A stretch of 23,766 nt of DNA, taken from IMG/VR virus record IMGVR_UViG_2585427763_000009; one strand, given 5' to 3'. Source of the DNA: a virus (lineage: Duplodnaviria; Heunggongvirae; Uroviricota; Caudoviricetes). Within the stretch, counting starts at the first letter, position 1; each line of letters opens with the position of its first letter. Shown here piece by piece: positions 16,300 to 23,766 of this stretch. The position numbers and the translations under genes are program-made. The notes under the pieces are model-generated. The model made no database searches, had not been told where the DNA came from, and was given only the letters and a program-made list of their open reading frames with translations.

Positions 16300-17208
16300 A
16301 TGCCGATTATCGACCTGAACCAGCTACCCGCACCGGATGTGGTCGAGGAGCTGGACTTTGAAACCATTCTTGCCGAACGCAAGGCGACACTGATTTCCCT
16401 TTACCCGGAAGACCAGCAGGAGGTGGTCGCCCGTACCCTGACGCTGGAATCGGAGCCTCTCGTCAAACTGCTGGAAGAAAATGCTTATCGTGAGCTTATC
16501 TGGCGTCAGCGTGTGAATGAGGCCGCACGGGCGGTGATGCTGGCCTGTGCCGCCGGTAATGACCTTGATGTGATTGGTGCCAATTACAACACCACACGCC
16601 TGATTATCATCCCGGCAGATGATTCGACCATCCCGCCGACACCGGCAGTGATGGAATCTGACACCGATTATCGTCTGCGTATTCAGCAGGCGTTTGAAGG
16701 TTTAAGCGTTGCCGGGTCGGTGGGAGCCTATCAGTATCATGGTCGCAGTGCCGACGGGCGTGTCGCGGATATCTCTGTCACCAGTCCGTCTCCGGCCTGT
16801 GTCACTATCTCCGTGCTGTCCCGAGAAAATAACGGTGTCGCATCCGAAGACCTGCTGGCTGTGGTGCGTAACGCTCTTAATGGCGAGGACGTCAGGCCGG
16901 TGGCTGACCGTGTGACCGTGCAGTCTGCCGCCATTGTTGAATACCAGATAAACGCCACGCTGTATCTTTACCCTGGTCCAGAAAGCGAACCCATCCGCGC
17001 CGCCGCCGTGAAAAAACTGGAAGCGTACATCACGGCACAGCACCGGCTGGGGCGCGACATCCGTCTGTCTGCCATTTATGCCGCTTTGCATGTGGAAGGC
17101 GTGCAGCGTGTCGAACTGACTGCACCGCTGGCTGACATCGTGCTCAACAGTACGCAGGCGTCTTTCTGCACCGAATACAGCGTCGTGACCGGAGGCTCGG
17201 ATGAGTGA
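16300..17208 (+). CDS. J: Baseplate assembly protein gpJ (302 aa)
   Basis: 302 aa, same size and order as P2 gpJ. Confidence 0.85.
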   Translation: MPIIDLNQLPAPDVVEELDFETILAERKATLISLYPEDQQEVVARTLTLESEPLVKLLEENAYRELIWRQRVNEAARAVMLACAAGNDLDVIGANYNTTRLIIIPADDSTIPPTPAVMESDTDYRLRIQQAFEGLSVAGSVGAYQYHGRSADGRVADISVTSPSPACVTISVLSRENNGVASEDLLAVVRNALNGEDVRPVADRVTVQSAAIVEYQINATLYLYPGPESEPIRAAAVKKLEAYITAQHRLGRDIRLSAIYAALHVEGVQRVELTAPLADIVLNSTQASFCTEYSVVTGGSDE

Positions 17209-17731
17209 TTCGCGACTGCTGCCGACCGGCTCATCACCGCTTGAGGTCGCCGCCGCAAAAGCCTGTGCGGAAATTGAAAAAACACCGGTCAGTATTCGTG
17301 AGCTGTGGAACCCGGACTCCTGTCCGGCAAATCTGCTGCCGTGGCTGGCGTGGGCGTTTTCGGTCGACAGGTGGGATGAAAAGTGGCCGGAAGCGACAAA
17401 ACGCGCCGTTATCCGCGATGCCTATTTCATCCACTGTCATAAAGGCACTATCGGCGCAATCCGACGCGTGGTGGAGCCGCTCGGCTATCTCATCAACGTG
17501 ACGGAGTGGTGGGAAAACAGTGACCCGCCCGGCACCTTCCGGCTTGATATTGGTGTACTGGAAAGCGGTATCACAGAGGCAATGTATCAGGAAATGGAAC
17601 GGCTGATTGCCGATGCCAAACCTGCAAGCCGCCACCTTATTGGCCTGAACATTACCCGGGACATTCCCGGCTATCTGTTCGCCGGTGGTGTGGCTTACGA
17701 CGGCGATGTAATTACGGTTTACCCCGGATAA
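17201..17731 (+). CDS. I: Baseplate/tail protein gpI (176 aa)
   Basis: 176 aa, same size and order as P2 gpI; start overlaps the J stop. Confidence 0.85.
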   Translation: MSDSRLLPTGSSPLEVAAAKACAEIEKTPVSIRELWNPDSCPANLLPWLAWAFSVDRWDEKWPEATKRAVIRDAYFIHCHKGTIGAIRRVVEPLGYLINVTEWWENSDPPGTFRLDIGVLESGITEAMYQEMERLIADAKPASRHLIGLNITRDIPGYLFAGGVAYDGDVITVYPG

Positions 17732-17741
17732 GTGAGGAATA

Positions 17742-19787
17742 ATGAGCATAAAATTCAGAACCGTTATCACCACTGCCGGTGCAGCAAAGCTGGCAGCGGC
17801 AACCGCGCCGGGAGGGCGGAAGGTCAACATTACCACGATGGCCGTCGGGGATGGCGGTGGTAAATTGCCTGTCCCGGATGCCGGACAGACCGGGCTTATC
17901 CATGAAGTCTGGCGACATGCGCTGAACAAAATCAGCCAGGACAAACGAAACAGTAATTATATTATCGCCGAGCTGGTTATTCCGCCGGAGGTGGGCGGTT
18001 TCTGGATGCGTGAGCTTGGCCTGTACGATGATGCGGGAACATTAATTGCCGTGGCGAACATGGCCGAAAGTTATAAGCCAGCTCTTGCCGAAGGCTCAGG
18101 GCGTTCGCAGACCTGTCGCATGGTCATCATCGTCAGCAGTGTGGCCTCAGTGGAGCTGACCATTGACACCACAACGGTGATGGCGACTCAGGATTACGTT
18201 GATGACAAAATTGCAGAGCATGAACAGTCACGACGTCACCAGGACGCCTCGCTGACCGCAAAAGGTTTTACTCAGTTAAGCAATGCGACCAACAGCACGT
18301 CTGAAACACTGGCCGCAACGCCGAAAGCGGTTAAGGCCGCATATGACCTTGCTAACGGGAAATATACCGCACAGGACGCTACCACAGCGCGAAAAGGTCT
18401 TGTCCAGCTAAGTAGTGCGACCAACAGCATATCTGAAACGCTCGCCGCAACACCAAAAGCCGTTAAGACGGTAATGGATGAAACGAACAAGAAAGCGCCA
18501 TTAAACAGCCCTGCACTGACCGGAACGCCAACGACGCCAACTGCGCGACAGGGAACGAATAATACTCAGATCGCAAACACGGCTTTCGTTATGGCCGCGA
18601 TTGCCGCCCTTGTAGACTCGTCGCCTGACGCACTGAATACGCTGAACGAGCTGGCGGCGGCGCTGGGCAATGACCCGAATTTTGCTACCACCATGACTAA
18701 TGCGCTTGCGGGTAAGCAACCGAAAGATGCCACTTTGACGGCGCTGGCGGGGCTTGCTACTGCGGCAGACAGGTTTCCGTATTTTACGGGGAATGATGTT
18801 GCCAGCCTGGCGACCCTGACAAAAGTCGGGCGGGATATTCTGGCTAAATCGACCGTTGCCGCTGTTATCGAATATCTCGGTTTACAGGAAACGGTAAACC
18901 GAGCCGGGAACGCCGTGCAAAAAAATGGCGATACTTTGTCCGGCGGGCTTACTTTTGAAAACGACTCAATCCTTGCCTGGATTCGAAATACTGACTGGGC
19001 GAAGATTGGATTTAAAAATGATGCCGATGGTGACACTGATTCATATATGTGGTTTGAAACAGGTGACAACGGCAATGAATATTTCAAATGGAGAAGTCGC
19101 CAGAGCACCACAACAAAAGACCTGATGAATCTTAAATGGGATGCTCTGTATGTTCTTGTTAAAGCCCTTTTCAGCAGTGAAGTAAAAATATCTACAGTCA
19201 ATGCACTGAGGATATTTAATTCATCTTTTGGGGCTATTTTTCGCCGTTCTGAAGAAAACCTGTATATCATTCCTACACGAGAAAATGAGGGTGAAAATGG
19301 AGATATTGGGCCATTAAGGCCATTCGGCATCAACTTAAGAACAGGAGTTGTGTCTGTTGGTAATGGTGCCAGGATTGATGGCGGGCTGGCACTTGGCACG
19401 AATAACGCGTTGGGTGGGAACTCTATTGTTCTTGGTGATAACGACACCGGATTTAAACAAAATGGCGATGGTAATCTGGATGTTTATGCTAATAACGTCC
19501 ATGTTATGCGCTTTGTTTCCGGAAGCATTCAAAGTAATAAGACCATAAATATTACGGGGCGTGTTAATCCCTCGGATTACGGTAACTTTGATTCCCGCTA
19601 TGTGAGAGATATCAGACTTGGCACACGTGTTGTCCAGACCATGCAGAAAGGGGTGATGTATGAGAAAGCAGGGCACGTAATTACCGGGCTTGGTATTGTC
19701 GGTGAAGTCGATGGTGATGACCCCGCAGTATTCAGGCCAATACAAAAATACATCAATGGCACATGGTATAACGTCGCACAGGTGTAA
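17742..19787 (+). CDS. H: Tail fiber protein gpH (681 aa) with an internal ~25-aa repeat and a lower-GC C-terminal receptor-binding region
   Basis: N-terminus MSIKFRTVITTAGAAKLAAATAPGG matches remembered P2 gpH; tail-fiber repeat copies ...QLSNATNSTSETLAATPKAVKAAYD... and ...QLSSATNSISETLAATPKAVKTVMD... Confidence 0.85.
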   Translation: MSIKFRTVITTAGAAKLAAATAPGGRKVNITTMAVGDGGGKLPVPDAGQTGLIHEVWRHALNKISQDKRNSNYIIAELVIPPEVGGFWMRELGLYDDAGTLIAVANMAESYKPALAEGSGRSQTCRMVIIVSSVASVELTIDTTTVMATQDYVDDKIAEHEQSRRHQDASLTAKGFTQLSNATNSTSETLAATPKAVKAAYDLANGKYTAQDATTARKGLVQLSSATNSISETLAATPKAVKTVMDETNKKAPLNSPALTGTPTTPTARQGTNNTQIANTAFVMAAIAALVDSSPDALNTLNELAAALGNDPNFATTMTNALAGKQPKDATLTALAGLATAADRFPYFTGNDVASLATLTKVGRDILAKSTVAAVIEYLGLQETVNRAGNAVQKNGDTLSGGLTFENDSILAWIRNTDWAKIGFKNDADGDTDSYMWFETGDNGNEYFKWRSRQSTTTKDLMNLKWDALYVLVKALFSSEVKISTVNALRIFNSSFGAIFRRSEENLYIIPTRENEGENGDIGPLRPFGINLRTGVVSVGNGARIDGGLALGTNNALGGNSIVLGDNDTGFKQNGDGNLDVYANNVHVMRFVSGSIQSNKTINITGRVNPSDYGNFDSRYVRDIRLGTRVVQTMQKGVMYEKAGHVITGLGIVGEVDGDDPAVFRPIQKYINGTWYNVAQV

Positions 19788-19790
19788 TTT

Positions 19791-20318
19791 ATGCAGCATT
19801 TAAAAAATATTACTGCGGGTAATCCAAAAACTGTTGCCCAATATCAACTGACAAAAAATTTTGATGTTATCTGGTTATGGTCCGAAGAGGGAAAAAACTG
19901 GTATGAGGAAGTAAGTAATTTTCAGGAAGACACGATAAAGATTGTTTACGACGAGAATAATATAATTGTCGGCATCACCAGAGATGCTTCAACGCTTAAC
20001 CCTGAAGGTTTCAGCGTTGTCGAGGTTCCTGATATTACCTCCAACCGACGTGCTGATGACTCAGGTAAATGGATGTTTAAGGATGGTGCCGTGATTAAGC
20101 GGATTTATACGGCAGATGAACAGGAGCAACAGGCAGAATCACAAAAAGCAGCTTTACTTTCCGAAGCGGAAAGCGTTATTCAGCCACTGGAACGCGCTGT
20201 CAGGCTGAATATGGCGACGGATGAGGAATGCGCACGACTGGAGTCATGGGAACGCTACAGCGTTCTGATCAGCCGTGTGGATCCTGCAAATCCTGAATGG
20301 CCGGAAATGCCGCAATAA
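19791..20318 (+). CDS. G: Tail fiber assembly chaperone gpG (175 aa)
   Basis: 175 aa directly after H; same size and order as P2 gpG. Confidence 0.82.
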   Translation: MQHLKNITAGNPKTVAQYQLTKNFDVIWLWSEEGKNWYEEVSNFQEDTIKIVYDENNIIVGITRDASTLNPEGFSVVEVPDITSNRRADDSGKWMFKDGAVIKRIYTADEQEQQAESQKAALLSEAESVIQPLERAVRLNMATDEECARLESWERYSVLISRVDPANPEWPEMPQ

Positions 20319-20539
20319 GTTGTATAAGCTCTGGTGTGAGATTACATATCTATGGCACAGAGTAAAGCCTAATCTGACAGGCCGCTCTGTGTCTGGAGTA
20401 GATTTTAGTAAAGCATTATTTTATTAGTGCAAATTCTAATCAATACATTTTATGTATATGATATCCTACGGACTTTAATGACTTGGTTTAGGCTAACCAG
20501 ATAACACTGAAGGAATATTTTTGATAATTAAGGTGCGGT

Positions 20540-21133
20540 ATGTTTACTAAGCGACGATTAAAAAATATTAACTGGGAGGCAAGTTCAGTGATTCTTGCTA
20601 TGGTTCTCTTTGTTGGAAATATATTTTATACAAATCATCGTGATGATATAAGCATGGAGGCTGAGAGGGACAGTATCAGAACAATGTTTGCATATGAAAT
20701 CGCTAATAACCATCGCGCTCTCACTTTTCTTGATAAAACGAGACATATTGGCTTTGACGAAAATTCGGAGCATTTTGTTGGCGAGCCTTTTGCCATTAAT
20801 GTCAAATCATTAGGGGGACCTCGCTTACAGATTGCATTAAACCAGACTGATAAAGTGTTTAAATCCTACTTCGGCGAATTAAGTAAGCTTGATAAAGAGG
20901 ATGTTACTCTTCTTATGGACTATTACCATGAGCAAAGCATCCTGCTGGAGCGTGTAAAATCTACGTTACAGAAGATGAAAAGTGGTAATGATATTAAAGT
21001 TGATATTGATGGTTGCTTATTAGAAGAACACTTCATGAATGAGCTTAATCTTTCTAATATTTTGCTTAAACGCTATAGCTATTTATTATCACAACACGCT
21101 AAGGAACATAAAACAAAAGATTTACATAATTGA
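20540..21133 (+). CDS. Hypothetical membrane-anchored protein (197 aa) in the Z/fun slot between G and FI
   Basis: AT-rich ORF after a 220-bp AT-rich spacer; single N-terminal hydrophobic helix (SSVILAMVLFVGNIFY) then a soluble domain; no motif I recognise. Confidence 0.55.
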   Translation: MFTKRRLKNINWEASSVILAMVLFVGNIFYTNHRDDISMEAERDSIRTMFAYEIANNHRALTFLDKTRHIGFDENSEHFVGEPFAINVKSLGGPRLQIALNQTDKVFKSYFGELSKLDKEDVTLLMDYYHEQSILLERVKSTLQKMKSGNDIKVDIDGCLLEEHFMNELNLSNILLKRYSYLLSQHAKEHKTKDLHN

Positions 21134-21340
21134 TAATCTGCTAATGGTTATTCATGGGGTAACTATGTTTTATATGTAATCCAGCCCAGATGAATTATTG
21201 ATTCTGGATAATAACCGCAGAGCGGCATATACCCTGACAGGCAAATGTCCGCTTCTTGCTCAAAGCAGACTGTCAGATTTGATAACTTTTGGGCTATGTA
21301 AACTGTCAGTCGGAAAATGAGTGTGTACAAATCAGGACAG

Positions 21341-21365
21341 GCGGGCGAATTGCCCGCATTTTCTT
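21341..21365 (+). terminator. Rho-independent terminator upstream of the FI remnant
   Basis: Hairpin GCGGGC-GAATT-GCCCGC followed by ATTTTCTTT. Confidence 0.5.
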
Positions 21366-21462
21366 TATCTGTTGTTTCATCCACTGACCAGCCAGGTCAA
21401 ATAGCGTCTCATGTACTACCCAACGGAAAATAGTTGCACCCATTAACCACGGAGTTAAACGG

Positions 21463-21576
21463 ATGAGTGACTATCATCACGGCGTGCAGGTGCTGGAGAT
21501 TAACGACGGCACCCGCGTCATTTCCACCGTATCCACAGCCATTGTCGGCATGGTCTGCACGGCTAGCCTCCCGTAA
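21463..21576 (+). pseudogene. FI: Tail sheath gene FI remnant: first ~35 codons only, then a premature stop at the deletion junction
   Basis: Translation [35 protein letters not shown] matches the remembered P2 gpFI N-terminus, then LP-stop. Confidence 0.7.
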
Positions 21577-22327
21577 CAGGCTGGAAGCCAGTGTCGCTCC
21601 GTCACTGGCCGGAATTAAAATCCCGCACATCGACCAGTCGCAGGAGTCCGATGCGAAATTCCTGACCCGTCTTGCTGAACGCAACGGCGGTGAGGTGTCG
21701 GTAAAAATGGGAAAACTGCTGTTTCTCAAAGCGGGGCAGGGGGGGACGGGCAGCGGGAAAAAAATCCCGCAGATTACCATCACCCGCAGCGACGGCGACC
21801 GTCATCATTTTGCGATTGCTGACCGTGGAGCCTACACAGGCGTAACGGCAAAGTGGTTACACACCAAAGACCCGAAGCCGCAAAAGCAGAAGGTAAAACT
21901 GAAACGCAAAAAGAAAGAGAAACACCTGCGCGCACTGGAGCACCCGAAAGCGAAACCGGTCACGCAGAAGAAAGAGCCAAAAGTACCGGAAGCGCGCGAA
22001 GGTGAATACATGGCCGGTGAGGCTGACAACGTTTTTGCCCTGACCACGGTATATGCCACGAAAGCACAGGCCATGCGCGCCGCTCAGGCGAAGTGGGATA
22101 AACTGCAACGGGGTGTTGCGGAGTTCTCCATCAGCCTGGCTACTGGTCGGGCAGATATTTACACGGAAACGCCGGTCAGAGTGTCAGGCTTTAAGCGCGT
22201 CATAGACGAGCAGGACTGGACAATCACTAAGGTGACACATTTTCTGAATAATAGCGGCTTCACGACGTCCCTGGAGCTTGAGGTCAGGCTTTCTGATGTG
22301 GAGTACGAAACAGAAGATGATGAGTGA
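21569..22327 (+). pseudogene. D: 3' portion of tail/late gene D, lacking its 5' region and native start
   Basis: Reading frame out of phase with the FI remnant; translation ...KFLTRLAERNGGEVSVKMGKLLFLKAG...VRLSDVEYETEDDE resembles the C-terminal part of P2 gpD (~387 aa); FII, E, T and U are missing between FI and D. Confidence 0.65.
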
Positions 22328-22408
22328 TGTAATTTATTTATCTGTTTGTTTTATAAGGATAAATTAACTAAAATGGCACCATCAACAAAACCGGAAGAGG
22401 TGCTCGCG

Positions 22409-22627
22409 ATGTTTCATTGTCCTTTATGCCAGCATGCCGCACATGCGCGTACAAGCCGCTATATCACTGACACGACAAAAGAGCGTTATCACCAGTGTCA
22501 GAACGTGAATTGCAGCGCCACGTTCATCACTTATGAGTCGGTACAGCGATACATCGTGAAGCCGGGAGAAGTCCATGCCGTAAGGCCGCACCCGTTGCCG
22601 TCAGGACAGCAAATTATGTGGATGTAA
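22409..22627 (+). CDS. ogr: Late-gene transcriptional activator Ogr (zinc-finger, 72 aa)
   Basis: MFHCPLCQHAAHARTSRYITDTTKERYHQCQNVNCSATF... matches remembered P2 Ogr (CxxC...CxxxxC zinc finger); last phage gene before host DNA. Confidence 0.88.
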   Translation: MFHCPLCQHAAHARTSRYITDTTKERYHQCQNVNCSATFITYESVQRYIVKPGEVHAVRPHPLPSGQQIMWM

Positions 22628-22637
22628 TCACAAAAAT

Positions 22638-22664
22638 AGCCCCTCAGTTGAGGGGCTTTATTTA
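22638..22664 (+). terminator. Rho-independent terminator after ogr
   Basis: Hairpin AGCCCCTC-AGTT-GAGGGGCT followed by a T-rich tract, 10 nt after the ogr stop. Confidence 0.6.
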
Positions 22665-22755
22665 TGGTCGATGTGGACGCTATGTGGACAGCGTTTGATA
22701 TAAATCCATTTATATCATCAGGTTAGGTGCTTTTTTGTGACACCATCCCTGTCTT

Positions 22756-22782
22756 CCCCCACATGATGTGGGGGTTTTTTTT
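22756..22782 (+). terminator. Second hairpin + T-run in the prophage-host junction
   Basis: CCCCCACAT-G-ATGTGGGGG followed by TTTTTTTT; about 80 nt upstream of fieF. Confidence 0.5.
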
Positions 22783-22863
22783 ATCCTCAATTTGCCTGCT
22801 GCTTAATGCATTGCAGATGATTTGCTTCCGTTATACTACCGTCAGTTGATAGCGGGAGTATTT

Positions 22864-23766
22864 ATGAATCAATCTTATGGACGGCTGGTCAGTCGGGCGG
22901 CGATTGCTGCGACGGCGATGGCTTCGCTGCTATTGCTGATTAAAATTTTTGCATGGTGGTATACCGGGTCGGTGAGTATTCTCGCCGCGCTGGTGGATTC
23001 GCTGGTGGATATCGGCGCGTCGTTGACGAATTTACTGGTGGTGCGATATTCCCTGCAACCTGCCGACGATAATCACTCGTTTGGTCACGGTAAAGCTGAG
23101 TCCCTCGCGGCGCTGGCGCAAAGTATGTTTATCTCCGGTTCGGCACTATTCCTGTTTTTGACGGGTATTCAACATCTGGTATCTCCAACACCGATGACAG
23201 ATCCAGGCGTCGGGGTTATCGTGACAATTGTGGCGCTAATTTGTACGATTATCCTTGTCTCGTTTCAGCGTTGGGTGGTGCGCCGGACGCAAAGCCAGGC
23301 GGTGCGGGCTGATATGCTACATTACCAGTCTGATGTTATGATGAACGGCGCAATTCTGCTGGCGCTGGGGTTGTCCTGGTACGGCTGGCATCGCGCCGAT
23401 GCTCTGTTTGCATTGGGGATCGGCATCTATATTTTATATAGCGCGTTACGCATGGGATATGAGGCGGTACAGTCATTACTGGATCGCGCATTGCCTGATG
23501 AGGAACGGCAAGAAATTATTGATATCGTGACTTCCTGGCCGGGTGTTAGCGGCGCTCACGATCTTCGCACGCGGCAGTCAGGGCCGACCCGCTTTATTCA
23601 GATTCATTTGGAAATGGAAGACTCTCTGCCTTTGGTTCAGGCACATATGGTGGCGGATCAGGTAGAGCAGGCTATTTTACGGCGTTTTCCGGGATCGGAT
23701 GTGATTATCCATCAGGACCCCTGTTCCGTCGTACCCAGGGAGGGTAAACGGTCTATGCTTTCATAA
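22864..23766 (+). CDS. fieF: Host cation-diffusion-facilitator ferrous-iron/zinc efflux transporter FieF (YiiP), 300 aa, complete
   Basis: Translation from ATG 22864 ([49 protein letters not shown]...) matches remembered E. coli FieF; the window ends on its stop codon. Confidence 0.85.
   Translation: MNQSYGRLVSRAAIAATAMASLLLLIKIFAWWYTGSVSILAALVDSLVDIGASLTNLLVVRYSLQPADDNHSFGHGKAESLAALAQSMFISGSALFLFLTGIQHLVSPTPMTDPGVGVIVTIVALICTIILVSFQRWVVRRTQSQAVRADMLHYQSDVMMNGAILLALGLSWYGWHRADALFALGIGIYILYSALRMGYEAVQSLLDRALPDEERQEIIDIVTSWPGVSGAHDLRTRQSGPTRFIQIHLEMEDSLPLVQAHMVADQVEQAILRRFPGSDVIIHQDPCSVVPREGKRSMLS

Noticed and set aside
17234-17944. Reverse-strand 236-aa ORF
   Set aside because: Antisense to gpI and the start of gpH; a shadow ORF in a GC-rich region.
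18566-19447. Reverse-strand 293-aa ORF
   Set aside because: Lies entirely inside tail fibre gene H on the opposite strand; H has clear P2 gpH identity and the antisense frame is a compositional shadow ORF.
21322-21339. TGT-N12-ACA dyad (TGTGTACAAATCAGGACA) resembling an Ogr-dependent late-promoter site
   Set aside because: It lies immediately upstream of a terminator hairpin rather than at a sensible distance from the FI start, and such short dyads occur by chance; not reported as a feature.
21163-21384. Reverse-strand 73-aa ORF between the Z/fun-slot gene and FI
   Set aside because: Sits in the intergenic/regulatory region and overlaps the terminator hairpin at 21341-21365; no start context; probably non-coding.
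21467-22327. Treating the 286-aa ORF as an intact gene
   Set aside because: Its first ~34 codons are an out-of-frame reading of the FI N-terminal coding sequence; only the downstream part resembles gpD. Called as a D remnant instead.

Overview
This window is a degraded P2-like (Peduovirus-type) temperate prophage in an Escherichia-like enterobacterial chromosome, running from the integrase (pos 1) to ogr, then into the host gene fieF (22864-23766). All protein assignments are from reading the supplied translations against remembered P2 proteins and motifs; no database search was run. The conserved backbone is present in P2 order: int, C, cox, B, orf80-83 slots, A, cos, Q, lysA/B/C, R, S, V, W, J, I, H, G, ogr. 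Two internal deletions make the prophage defective: one fuses a 3' remnant of terminase P to a 5'-truncated endolysin K, and one fuses the first ~35 codons of sheath gene FI to the 3' part of D. The P remnant carries a perfect 6-copy, 63-bp in-frame tandem repeat. Three AT-rich cargo loci sit at known P2 moron positions. The A-cos slot (about 5.8-9.95 kb) holds two small membrane proteins, a TIR-domain protein and a translationally coupled lipoprotein plus 305-aa membrane-anchored protein. The S/V slot holds a 261-aa reverse-strand membrane protein, and the G/FI (Z/fun) slot a 197-aa membrane-anchored protein. The membrane-membrane-TIR trio resembles an anti-phage architecture already reported from P2 hotspots, so the best candidate for an undescribed system is the lipoprotein + 305-aa pair, followed by the two single-gene morons.
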